This document shows positions 18,616-27,615 of a DNA stretch of 32,000 nt, in pieces (positions within the stretch are counted from its first letter, which is position 1; every line of letters begins with the position of its first letter). Source of the DNA: Microcystis aeruginosa NIES-843 (GTDB lineage Bacteria; Cyanobacteriota; Cyanobacteriia; Cyanobacteriales; Microcystaceae); NCBI RefSeq assembly GCF_000010625.1, contig NC_010296.1, positions 2,190,001 through 2,222,000 on the forward strand. The letters are read 5' to 3'. A model generated the notes under the pieces. That model saw nothing but the letters and a program-made list of their open reading frames with translations. It was not told the origin of the DNA and did no database searches. The position numbers were made by a program, and so were the translations under genes.

Positions 18616-18672
18616 GTCAGGAGGCAGGAGTCGGTCGTCGGTCGTCGGTCGTCAGGAGACAGGATTCAGGAG
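18616..18672. repeat. Composite heptamer block: GTCAGGAGGCAGGAG-(TCGGTCG)x3-TCAGGAGACAGGATTCAGGAG
   Basis: Read directly. It begins 17 nt upstream of the M20 gene start codon and adjoins the CCCCACA array. Confidence 0.9.
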
Positions 18673-18697
18673 ATTGCCTTTATTTATTCTCCCTTCT

Positions 18698-19143
18698 CCC
18701 CACACCCCACACCCCACACCCCACACCCCACACCCCACACCCCACACCCCACACCCCACACCCCACACCCCACACCCCACACCCCACACCCCACACCCCA
18801 CACCCCACACCCCACACCCCACACCCCACACCCCACACCCCACACCCCACACCCCACACCCCACACCCCACACCCCACACCCCACACCCCACACCCCACA
18901 CCCCACACCCCACACCCCACACCCCACACCCCACACCCCACACCCCACACCCCACACCCCACACCCCACACCCCACACCCCACACCCCACACCCCACACC
19001 CCACACCCCACACCCCACACCCCACACCCCACACCCCACACCCCACACCCCACACCCCACACCCCACACCCCACACCCCACACCCCACACCCCACACCCC
19101 ACACCCCACTCCCCACACCCCACTCCCCCACTCCCCCACTCCC
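18698..19143. repeat. Giant heptamer array: 58 perfect CCCCACA units (18698-19103), then about 5 degenerate units (CCCCACT/CCCCCACT)
   Basis: The phase was checked at several points along the array. The complement is (TGTGGGG)n. The array is flanked by an identical 9-mer CTCCCTTCT at 18689-18697 and 19139-19147. Confidence 0.95.
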
Positions 19144-19644
19144 TTCTTTACAAAACTTCATCGTAATTGGAGGGCTGGAAAGGGCAATCCTTGGGCAATA
19201 GGGGAAGGGAAAGCGGGGAAATATTAAAAAAAACTTAAAATTTTTATCTTGCTGCCCTTTATACCCTTAAAGCCTTGCTGTCTCTGATTTCCCGACGGTG
19301 AGAGGCTTTGAGCCATGGTCAGGAATTGATGACCAACTCGATCGAGTCATTGTTAAGTGACCGTTACAAAAAGACAGCAAAAAACTTAATAATATGTAAC
19401 AAACAAAGTTTCGACAGCAGTGTATAAATTTAACTTGAGGGGCCAAGATAACAGACAAAAGTTAAGCTGGATACTTGTTTAACCTCCTTAGGTGATTTAT
19501 GAGAGAGCAGTGAAGTTTTTTCAGGTTTCTTAAAGTAAATCGCAACAATCACGGTCAAGGCTCGTCCAGACTCACCGTGAAATCCCTTAAGAGGGAAAAT
19601 TTTAATTGCAAGCAAATCCCATTTAAATTTAGGAGATTGTCACA
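19144..19644 (+). promoter_or_regulatory. cpcB upstream region (promoter plus long 5' leader), with the SD AGGAG at 19631-19635
   Basis: A 500-bp stretch with no convincing CDS directly upstream of cpcB. By analogy with the long cpcB upstream promoter region used in Synechocystis (Pcpc560). The exact TSS and -10/-35 are not determinable by eye. Confidence 0.45.
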
Positions 19645-20163
19645 ATGTTTGACGCATTCACCCGGGTAGTATCCCAAGCTGATGCTCGCGGCGAATATTT
19701 AAGCTCTTCCCAACTAGACGCTCTGAGCGCCATGGTTGCCGACAGCAACAAACGGATGGACTCTGTTAACCGGATCACCAGTAACGCTTCCACCATCGTT
19801 GCCAACGCCGCTCGTAGCCTGTTCGCTGAACAGCCCCAACTGATCACCCCCGGTGGTAATGCCTACACCAGCCGTCGTATGGCCGCTTGCTTACGCGACA
19901 TGGAAATCATCTTGCGTTATGTTACCTACGCTACCTTCTCTGGCGACGGCAGTGTTCTCGATGATCGTTGCTTAAATGGTCTGCGCGAAACCTATGTAGC
20001 TTTAGGAGTACCAGGAGCTTCCGTAGCTGCTGGCGTAAGCAAAATGAAAGAAGCGGCTTTATCCATTGCTAACGATCGCAACGGTATCACCCCCGGCGAT
20101 TGCAGTGCTTTAATGTCTGAAATTGCCAGCTACTTCGACCGCGCCGCCGCTGCTGTCGCCTAG
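19645..20163 (+). CDS. cpcB: C-phycocyanin beta subunit
   Basis: [27 protein letters not shown]...[19 protein letters not shown]. 172 aa. Unmistakable. Confidence 0.98.
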   Translation: MFDAFTRVVSQADARGEYLSSSQLDALSAMVADSNKRMDSVNRITSNASTIVANAARSLFAEQPQLITPGGNAYTSRRMAACLRDMEIILRYVTYATFSGDGSVLDDRCLNGLRETYVALGVPGASVAAGVSKMKEAALSIANDRNGITPGDCSALMSEIASYFDRAAAAVA

Positions 20164-20229
20164 TCCCTGGGGCTAGTCTCAATTAAACCGTAGGAAACTT
20201 ATTGCAAGATTATTGGGAGATACCAAACA

Positions 20230-20718
20230 ATGAAAACCCCCCTTACCGAAGCCGTAGCAGCCGCTGATTCTCAAGGTCGTTTCTTAAGCAGCACCGAAAT
20301 CCAAACTGCTTTCGGTCGTTTTCGTCAAGCTTCTGCTGGACTCAGCGCCGCTAAAGTGTTGACCGAAAAAGCCAATTCTTTGATCTCTGGCGCTGCTCAA
20401 GCTGTGTACAACAAGTACCCCTACACCACCCAAATGCAAGGGGCTAACTTTGCGGCGGACCAACGCGGTAAAGAAAAATGCGCTCGTGACATCGGTTACT
20501 ACCTCCGCATGGTGACCTACTGCTTAGTTGCTGGTGGAACCGGTCCGATGGACGAGTACCTCATCGCTGGTATCGACGAAATCAACCGCACCTTCGACCT
20601 GTCTCCTAGCTGGTACATCGAAGCTCTCAAATATATCAAAGCCAACCATGGTTTAAGTGGCGACCCTGCGGTAGAAGCCAACTCCTATATCGACTACGCT
20701 ATCAACGCTCTCAGCTAG
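20230..20718 (+). CDS. cpcA: C-phycocyanin alpha subunit
   Basis: [25 protein letters not shown]...[29 protein letters not shown]. 162 aa. Confidence 0.98.
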   Translation: MKTPLTEAVAAADSQGRFLSSTEIQTAFGRFRQASAGLSAAKVLTEKANSLISGAAQAVYNKYPYTTQMQGANFAADQRGKEKCARDIGYYLRMVTYCLVAGGTGPMDEYLIAGIDEINRTFDLSPSWYIEALKYIKANHGLSGDPAVEANSYIDYAINALS

Positions 20719-20737
20719 TCCGATCGAAAAAACTGCT

Positions 20738-20797
20738 GGTCTGGAAAGACAGGAGGTTGTTAGCAAAAGGGTTAGCAATCACCTGTTCTTCCAGACC
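20738..20797 (+). terminator. Long imperfect stem-loop between cpcA and the first linker gene (candidate partial terminator or mRNA-stabilising hairpin)
   Basis: GGTCTGGAAAGACAGG (20738-20753) pairs with CCTGTTCTTCCAGACC (20782-20797), 14 of 16 positions, followed by TTGTTAT. Confidence 0.45.
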
Positions 20798-20837
20798 TTG
20801 TTATATCCATTAAAGGTTAGTTTCAGGAGGATCGACG

Positions 20838-21653
20838 ATGACTAGCTTGATAGCGGCCCAAAGACTGGGATTTGAACCCTACAACGGTTCCCCCCGCTTG
20901 GAATTACGCTCCACCGACAGTGATGAACAGGTAGAAGTGGTGATCCGCGGGGCCTATCGACAGATCTTGGGCAACGAGCATCTGATGTCCAGCGAGCGCC
21001 TGATCAGCCTAGAATCCCTCTTACGCAATCGTTCCATTAGCGTCAGGGATTTTGTTCGGGCGATCGCTCAATCAGAACTATATCGGCAGAAATTTTTCCA
21101 CAGCAATCCCCAAAATCGCTTTATCGAGTTGAATTATAAACACCTGCTCGGTCGCGCTCCCTACGATCAAGCCGAGATCGCTGTCCATAGCGATCTCTAC
21201 AATCAACAGGGTTACGAAGCAGAAATTAATTCCTATTTCGATTCCCCCGAATACAACCAACATTTCGGTGAGAACATTGTCCCCTACTATCGCGGTTTCG
21301 CTACCCAGACGGGTCAGAAAACCGTCGGTTTTAGTCGGCTGTTCCAAGTCTATCGCGGTTATGCGACCAGCGATCGGGCGCCGTTAAAAGAGGGAAAACT
21401 GACCAGGGAACTAGCCTATAACAGTGCTTCCCCCGTTTATATTAACGGAACTGGTCAATCCTTAACCGGATTAGCTGGGGGCGATCGGGGCAAATTCTAT
21501 CGCTTGCGCGTGGTGAGTGGCGCAAAAGCGGGACGACAAACCCGTGTGCGTCGCAGTGTGAGCGAGTATCTCGTTGCCTACGAGCAACTATCGAACAAAT
21601 TGCAAGAAATCAACCGTCAAGGCGGCCAGGTAATCGAACTGATCCTCGCCTAG
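20838..21653 (+). CDS. cpcC2: Phycobilisome rod linker polypeptide (CpcC type, 271 aa)
   Basis: PBS-linker domain ([21 protein letters not shown]...[18 protein letters not shown]...IVPYYRGF) plus a C-terminal CpcD-like domain (FYRLRVV...[18 protein letters not shown]). The C2 label follows the Synechocystis cpcBAC2C1 order and lengths only. Confidence 0.9.
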   Translation: MTSLIAAQRLGFEPYNGSPRLELRSTDSDEQVEVVIRGAYRQILGNEHLMSSERLISLESLLRNRSISVRDFVRAIAQSELYRQKFFHSNPQNRFIELNYKHLLGRAPYDQAEIAVHSDLYNQQGYEAEINSYFDSPEYNQHFGENIVPYYRGFATQTGQKTVGFSRLFQVYRGYATSDRAPLKEGKLTRELAYNSASPVYINGTGQSLTGLAGGDRGKFYRLRVVSGAKAGRQTRVRRSVSEYLVAYEQLSNKLQEINRQGGQVIELILA

Positions 21654-21698
21654 CTTTGAGCGGTCAGAAAATGATCATTTTTTTGTAGGAGAACTTTA

Positions 21699-22577
21699 GT
21701 GGCAATTACTACCTCAGCTTCCCGTTTAGGGACAACCGCTTTTAGCGAAGTTGCTCCCGTGGAATTACGTCCCGATTGGTCCCGTGACGACGCACAGGCG
21801 GTTATTCGCGCCGTCTATCGTCAGGTGCTAGGCAATGACTATATCATGCGTTCCGAGCGCCTTACCAGTGCCGAATCCTTACTCTGCAATGGTTCGATCA
21901 CCGCGCGGGAATTCGTCCGCGCCGTGGCCAAATCGGAACTGTATAAGAACAAATTCTTCTACGGTAACTTCCAAACCCGCGTCATCGAACTTAATATCAA
22001 ACATCTTTTAGGTCGCGCTCCCTACGATGAGTCGGAAGTGGTCTATCACCTCGATCTCTACGAAAACAAAGGATTCGAGGCCGATATCGACTCCTACATC
22101 GATTCCGCCGAATATACCGAAAACTTCGGTGATAGCATCGTTCCCTACTATCGCGGTTTTGCCAGCCAACCCGGTCAAAAAACCGTGGGATTTACGCGGA
22201 TGTTCCAACTCTATCGCGGTTATGCCAACAGCGATCGCTCTCAGATTGCCGGCAAAACCTCCCGTTTAGCGGTGGAATTAGCTCAAAACGGTGCTTCGGC
22301 AGTAGTCGGTCCGTCCGGTGGCAGCGATGGTTGGGCCTATCGTCCCTCTGCTCAACGCAACACCCCCAGTAAAGCTCTTGGTGGTAGTGTGGCCTATGGT
22401 GATGTGGGTAAGCTCTATCGCGTGGAAATTGCCGCCATCAGCAAACCGGGTTATCCCAGTGTCCGTCGCAGTAGCAAAGCGGTTATCGTCCCCTTTGAAC
22501 AGTTAAATAACACCCTGCAACAGATCAACCGTCTCGGTGGCAAAGTTGCCAGCATCACCCCCGCTAGTTTGAACTAA
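21699..22577 (+). CDS. cpcC1: Phycobilisome rod linker polypeptide (CpcC type, 292 aa)
   Basis: GTG start preceded by [21 protein letters not shown]-terminus, PBS-linker domain and C-terminal CpcD-like domain (LYRVEIAA...[18 protein letters not shown]). Confidence 0.9.
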   Translation: MAITTSASRLGTTAFSEVAPVELRPDWSRDDAQAVIRAVYRQVLGNDYIMRSERLTSAESLLCNGSITAREFVRAVAKSELYKNKFFYGNFQTRVIELNIKHLLGRAPYDESEVVYHLDLYENKGFEADIDSYIDSAEYTENFGDSIVPYYRGFASQPGQKTVGFTRMFQLYRGYANSDRSQIAGKTSRLAVELAQNGASAVVGPSGGSDGWAYRPSAQRNTPSKALGGSVAYGDVGKLYRVEIAAISKPGYPSVRRSSKAVIVPFEQLNNTLQQINRLGGKVASITPASLN

Positions 22578-22600
22578 TTTTCTAGCTTAAGATAGCTAAA

Positions 22601-22642
22601 AGTCTCCCGGGCAGCCGTCAGGTTCACCGGGAGACTTTTTTC
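22601..22642 (+). terminator. Rho-independent terminator of the cpc operon
   Basis: AGTCTCCCGG (22601-22610) pairs with CCGGGAGACT (22627-22636), with a 16-nt loop, followed by TTTTTT. Confidence 0.8.
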
Positions 22643-22714
22643 TAGGGAACTGGCAGAAATTGACCCTCAGCAGATCGGGCAAACCTGTAGAATGAAAATA
22701 ATTCCCTCGTTTTA

Positions 22715-24391
22715 ATGCCTGTGACTGTCACTTCGATCGCTTTTGACTCTATCGATACTGCCTTAGCGGAAATCAAAGCCGGACGTGCCATTGTCGTAGT
22801 TGATGATGAGAATCGCGAAAATGAAGGAGATCTAATCTGTGCAGCCCAATTTGCCACCCCCGATCTGATTAACTTCATGGCAGTGCAAGCTCGCGGTTTA
22901 ATCTGTCTGGCAATGACGGGAGAGCGTCTTGATGCTCTCGAATTACCCTTGATGGTGACAAAAAACACCGATAGCAATCAAACCGCTTTTACCGTTAGCA
23001 TCGATGCCGCTCCCCATTTAGGGGTTAAAACTGGCATTTCGGCAGAAGATCGGGCGAAAACCGTGCAAGTTGCCATTAATCCGGTCACTCGTCCCGACGA
23101 TCTCACCCGTCCCGGTCATGTCTTCCCGATTCGTGCTAAAGCCGGTGGGGTCTTAAAACGTGCCGGTCATACGGAGGCGGCCGTGGATCTAGCTCGGTTA
23201 GCCGGGTTGTATCCGGCGGGAGTTATCTGTGAGATCCAAAATCCCGATGGTTCCATGGCCCGTTTACCGCAACTATTTGAATACGCTCGTCAACATAATC
23301 TCAGGTTAATTAGCATTGCCGATCTGATCGGTTATCGCTTAAAACACGATCGCTTTGTCCATCGGGAAACGGTCTGTAATTTTCCCAGTCAATTCGGTAC
23401 TTTTCAGCTTTATGCCTACCGAAATTTATTAGATCAAACCGAACACATCGCTATTGTGAAAGGCGATCCCGCTCTCTTTGGCGATCGCCCTGTAATGGTA
23501 CGAATGCACTCGGAATGTCTGACCGGGGATGCTTTGGGATCCTTGCGTTGCGATTGTCGGCAACAGTTACAAGCTGCCCTAAAAATGATTGAAAACAACG
23601 GTTTAGGGGTGGTGGTTTACCTGCGACAGGAAGGACGGGGAATTGGCTTAATTAATAAGCTAAAAGCCTATTCTTTACAGGATATGGGACTAGATACGGT
23701 GGAAGCCAACGAAAGGTTAGGATTTCCCGCCGATTTGCGCGATTACGGCATGGGAGCGCAAATGCTCAACGATTTGGGGGTGAGAAATATTCGTTTAATT
23801 ACCAATAATCCCCGTAAAATTGCCGGATTAAAAGGCTATGGTTTGGAAATAGTCGAGCGAGTACCTTTGCTGATCGAGGCTAATGATTATAATTCCAATT
23901 ATCTGGCCACAAAAGCGGAAAAGTTAGGACATCTATTCCTACAAACCTATCTAGTCACCATCGCTCTCAGTTGGGGGGAAAATCCGCCGTCAATTTCGCA
24001 AAGATATCATCAATTAGAGAAATTACGGCAGTTAAGTCGCGCTAATCAATTATCTCTCCAAGAAGAAACCCGACCGGTAGCCAATGCCCTTTTTGATCGC
24101 GCCCCTTTGATCGTACATTTAGGTTTAGATATTCGTCAGGGTGTCAGCAGTAATTGGTATAAAAATCCTTCCCATCCTTATCTTCTGGTTATTGACAAGA
24201 TATTAAATGACATTAAAGATTGGTCGGAAATTGAACGCTTAGAATTTTTAATTTCCGACGGAGACGATTCGATGACGGGATTACAAATGAAACTCGATCG
24301 TCAAAAAATGTCCGATGAAGATTTCTCACAATTACCACAATTAGCTACCCAAATTATCTACAGTTTTACTCGTGATTCAGCCAAAAATTAG
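22715..24391 (+). CDS. ribBA: Bifunctional 3,4-dihydroxy-2-butanone-4-phosphate synthase / GTP cyclohydrolase II, with a C-terminal extension of about 150 aa
   Basis: DDENRENEGDL and GHTEA (RibB half); RMHSECLTGDALGSLRCDCR and YLRQEGRGIGL (RibA half). Residues from about 409 to 558 have no recognisable similarity. Confidence 0.92.
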   Translation: MPVTVTSIAFDSIDTALAEIKAGRAIVVVDDENRENEGDLICAAQFATPDLINFMAVQARGLICLAMTGERLDALELPLMVTKNTDSNQTAFTVSIDAAPHLGVKTGISAEDRAKTVQVAINPVTRPDDLTRPGHVFPIRAKAGGVLKRAGHTEAAVDLARLAGLYPAGVICEIQNPDGSMARLPQLFEYARQHNLRLISIADLIGYRLKHDRFVHRETVCNFPSQFGTFQLYAYRNLLDQTEHIAIVKGDPALFGDRPVMVRMHSECLTGDALGSLRCDCRQQLQAALKMIENNGLGVVVYLRQEGRGIGLINKLKAYSLQDMGLDTVEANERLGFPADLRDYGMGAQMLNDLGVRNIRLITNNPRKIAGLKGYGLEIVERVPLLIEANDYNSNYLATKAEKLGHLFLQTYLVTIALSWGENPPSISQRYHQLEKLRQLSRANQLSLQEETRPVANALFDRAPLIVHLGLDIRQGVSSNWYKNPSHPYLLVIDKILNDIKDWSEIERLEFLISDGDDSMTGLQMKLDRQKMSDEDFSQLPQLATQIIYSFTRDSAKN

Positions 24392-24498
24392 TTTTCTATG
24401 ACCATACTGTTGCCTCTTGCCTCATCTCAACAAGCAATTTAAATATTTAACAGCTTAACAGTTATAATTAAATAAAGCTAGTGTAACGGGGAAAAACC

Positions 24499-25263
24499 AT
24501 GACAACTCTCGACATTTTACCGGAAGTTACCTGTCCCCCCACCGATTTATGGAGTGATGAACCACCTTTGGAAAGTGATCTACATCTGCAACAAATTACA
24601 ATTCTGATCGGTTGTTTGGAAAGGTTATGGCAAGAGAAAAACGATTACTACGCTTCCGGTAATCTGACTATCTACTATAACGAAGAACAACTGAAAAAGC
24701 GCGATTTCTGTGGTCCTGATTTTTTTGTGGTTTTAGATACGGAAAAACGTCCCCGCAAAAGTTGGGTAGTCTGGGGAGAAGGGGGTAAATATCCCAATGT
24801 AATCGTGGAGATTCTTTCCGATTCTACGGCCAATATTGACCGCACTAAAAAGAAAATTCTCTATCAAAATACCTTTCGCACTCCTAATTATTTTTGGTTT
24901 GATCCTAATACCTTAGAATTGCAAGGATTTAGATTAATTGCGGGACAATATCAGGCTATTGCTGCTAATGAAAACGGCTATTTATGGAGTGAACAATTAG
25001 AACTCTATTTAGGCATTTTTGACCGTAAACTGCGTTATTTTACCACCGATGGTCAATTGGTTCCCACTCCCCAAGAAGCTGAATTAGAGCAAAGACAAGC
25101 AAAGGAACAGATTCTTTTAGAAAGGGAACAGATTCTTTTAGAAAGGGAACAGGAACGACAAGCGAAGGAACAGGCTATCCTCGAAAAAGAACAAGCTATC
25201 TTGGAAAGGGAAAGATTAGCCCAAAAATTACGAGAATTGGGCATTGATCCTGAAACTATCTAA
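24499..25263 (+). CDS. Uma2-family (DUF820) putative endonuclease with a C-terminal coiled-coil repeat tail
   Basis: PDFFVVLD, VVWGEGGKYPNVIVEILSDST and YFWFDPNT are typical Uma2 motifs. The tail is EQILLEREQILLEREQERQAKEQAILEKEQAILERERLAQKLRELGIDP. Confidence 0.8.
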   Translation: MTTLDILPEVTCPPTDLWSDEPPLESDLHLQQITILIGCLERLWQEKNDYYASGNLTIYYNEEQLKKRDFCGPDFFVVLDTEKRPRKSWVVWGEGGKYPNVIVEILSDSTANIDRTKKKILYQNTFRTPNYFWFDPNTLELQGFRLIAGQYQAIAANENGYLWSEQLELYLGIFDRKLRYFTTDGQLVPTPQEAELEQRQAKEQILLEREQILLEREQERQAKEQAILEKEQAILERERLAQKLRELGIDPETI

Positions 25264-25320
25264 TTGATCAATATCTCTAAGCTAGGTAATTCCTATCCTA
25301 GAAATGGTGGTAATTTAACC

Positions 25321-26379
25321 TTATTTTTCCTGTCTTTCTAAAGCTAATTGTACTAACTTATCGACCAATTTATCAAACTCTAAACCGGTGGCTTTCCAGA
25401 GTTGGGGATACATACTAAAATTAGTAAACCCCGGCAGAGTATTAATTTCATTGATCAACACTTCCCCAGTATTTTCTACATAGAAAAAATCCACCCGCGA
25501 CAATCCCGCAGCATCCACAGCTTTAAATGCTTCTACAGCCATTTCTCGCACTTGATTAGCAATTTTATCAGGAATATTAGCGGGAATCACCATACTCGAT
25601 CGCCCGTCAGTATATTTAGTTTCATAGTCATAAAAATCACTATCAAAAGTAATTTCTCCCACCAAAGAAGCTTGGGGATTATCATTACCTAAAACCGCAC
25701 ATTCGATTTCTCTTGCGGTTACTCCTGCTTCAACAATAATCCGTCGATCATAACTAGCAGCACTATCTAAAGCAGCCTCTAATTCTTGCCGGTTGCGTGC
25801 TTTACTAATACCCACCGAAGAACCTAAATTAGCCGGTTTAATAAAACAGGGATAACCTATTTCCTCGGCGATTTGATCGCACAATTGCGGAAAAACACAG
25901 GGATTTGACCACACTTGCGAGCGGGTTATAGCCTTATACTTAACTTGGGGTAATCCAGCGGCTGCAAAAGCAGTTTTCATGGCAATTTTATCCATTCCCA
26001 AGCATGAACCCAGGACCCCACTACCCACAAAAGCAACCCGCATGAGAGTGAGTAATCCTTGTAAAGTGCCATCTTCCCCATTCGGTCCGTGGAGAATTGG
26101 AAACCAAACCTCCATTTCCCTCACTTCTGGGGGAAATTGCCAGATATTGACTTTTATATTACTCTCAATAGCTAGGGGTTGCCCAGAGGTTAAAATTTGT
26201 CTAGCAGTTGCTGCCGAATGCCAACAGCCATTTTTATCGATATAGAAGGGGATAACGGCGTATTTGTCAAGATTTTCGGGATAATTAAAAGCTTGCAGGA
26301 TCGATCGAGCCGAATTGATAGATACCTCGTGTTCTCCCGATCGACCACCAAACAACAATCCTACCTTGATCTTATCCAT
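25321..26379 (-). CDS. ddl: D-alanine--D-alanine ligase
   Basis: [22 protein letters not shown]-grasp motifs ([24 protein letters not shown]). 352 aa. Confidence 0.95.
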
Positions 26380-26410
26380 ATTATCCTCTCTAGACCCAGC
26401 TAGATCCTAA

Positions 26411-26563
26411 ATTAGAGTTCAACTATCATATATACTATGGGCGGAGTTTACAATAGTTGCCAATGATTTAGATGCAGCTGTTCCTCGTCAGATCGAGGTT
26501 TTGGCAAAACCTCAAGATAAATTAATTATCGCTCATGATGAGATGTGGTCGTTCTTTCCCTAA
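26411..26563 (+). pseudogene. Short remnant of a DDE transposase gene (IS1-like DEMWSF motif)
   Basis: Hand translation of the stop-to-stop frame: IRVQLSYILWAEFTIVANDLDAAVPRQIEVLAKPQDKLIIAHDEMWSFFP*. The xxDEMWSFx string is typical of the first catalytic-Asp region of IS1-type transposases. There is no start codon and no downstream continuation. Confidence 0.35.
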
Positions 26564-26611
26564 AAAAATGGATAATCACTTTGGAGCTATTCACCCCCCG
26601 AAATTGAATGA

Positions 26612-27613
26612 TTATTTAGCTAATTTTTCCAGTTTTTTCTTAGTTTTCTGAAGTTTTAAGGCTAAATTACCATGATGTTCGGGATAGTAAACGTGCAAGA
26701 ATTCGATAAAATCCTCGATGGTACAAGGTTGATGAAATCCCCCTAAATTACCGTGGAATTCTTGGTGAATTTCTTCTTTAATAGTCACCAAATTCAGATC
26801 TAATGTCGCTAGATGGGGATATTTTTGGACAGAGTAAAGATGATGGACAGCGAGATTAAATCTATTATTTCTATCCGGTTTTTGCCCTGTCACCTGACAA
26901 GTGTTTTTATCTCTAGTTTTAGCTCGTTTTTTAGCCTTTTCAATCTCGATTTTTTGTTTGGTATCGTCATCTAGATGTTCCTGAATTTCTTTAAAGGCAA
27001 GAGGAAACTCCATTGCAATCATTTTACACATTTCTTGGCGCGATTTATTCGTCAAAGTTTCACTCATGGATTTAGAAATCATCACTATTCCACTTTCAGA
27101 GAACCAAAACTCTCTTTTTTCATCTTCGTAAAAATCTACTCCTAATTCTAGAGGTTTATCAGTTCTTTGCTGAAGATGATTCACGGTTTTATTTAGCTTG
27201 GTTCCATTAGTTTTTAAAATTCGCCGCAAACTCTGTTTATGAATCATAGGCCGTCCTTTATAAACTTGAATTTCGCCGGAGTCAGTGAGTTCAGCAAAAA
27301 TTAATTTTCGTGCTAAGGAGCGACGAATTTTTTGATCGTGCTTAGTAAAAAATTCTCTAAATCTGTATATAATTCCTCGCTTTTCATTCTTCTCGATATA
27401 GGAAGCAATTTTTAAAGCACCTTCAAAAGAAAACACTCTAACTTTATCTTTTTTATTGACAAATTGATAATCGACACCTTCAACTAAATCCCAATCATCA
27501 TTAGGATCAGCATCAAAAATATCAACAATTTTTTCTAGTTTTTCAAGAGTAATAGAAAACCATTGAGCTAATTCGGTATCCCGGATCAGGAAGGTATTTG
27601 CTTTCTGAGGCAT
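26612..27613 (-). CDS. Hypothetical DNA-binding/HNH-nuclease-like protein: two tandem related N-terminal modules plus a C-terminal HNH-type motif
   Basis: C-terminus CQVTGQKP...NLAVHHLYSVQKYPHLATLDLNLVTIKEEIHQEFH fits an H-N-H pattern. Modules LVEGVDYQFVNKKDKVRVFSFEGALKIASYI and LELGVDFYEDEKREFWFSESGIVMISKSM look like an internal duplication. The start codon is 2 nt after the upstream gene's stop. Confidence 0.6.
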   Translation of the reverse strand: MPQKANTFLIRDTELAQWFSITLEKLEKIVDIFDADPNDDWDLVEGVDYQFVNKKDKVRVFSFEGALKIASYIEKNEKRGIIYRFREFFTKHDQKIRRSLARKLIFAELTDSGEIQVYKGRPMIHKQSLRRILKTNGTKLNKTVNHLQQRTDKPLELGVDFYEDEKREFWFSESGIVMISKSMSETLTNKSRQEMCKMIAMEFPLAFKEIQEHLDDDTKQKIEIEKAKKRAKTRDKNTCQVTGQKPDRNNRFNLAVHHLYSVQKYPHLATLDLNLVTIKEEIHQEFHGNLGGFHQPCTIEDFIEFLHVYYPEHHGNLALKLQKTKKKLEKLAK

Positions 27614-27615
27614 GA

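Noticed and set aside
18652-19201. Four long ORFs (147-175 aa) with PHTPHPT or GVWGVGC periodic translations
   Set aside because: They are a by-product of the 7-nt repeat: 7 and 3 are coprime, so every frame on both strands is stop-free and 7-aa periodic. There is no independent coding signal, and they overlap one another.
19267-19847. Three minus-strand ORFs (61-72 aa) upstream of, and overlapping, the start of cpcB
   Set aside because: One is antisense to cpcB itself. The others lie in the expected cpcB promoter and leader, and none has a recognisable motif or start context.
22643-22714. Possible FMN riboswitch upstream of ribBA
   Set aside because: Only about 70 nt separate the cpc terminator from the ribBA start, which is too short for an FMN aptamer plus expression platform. 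I saw none of its conserved segments.
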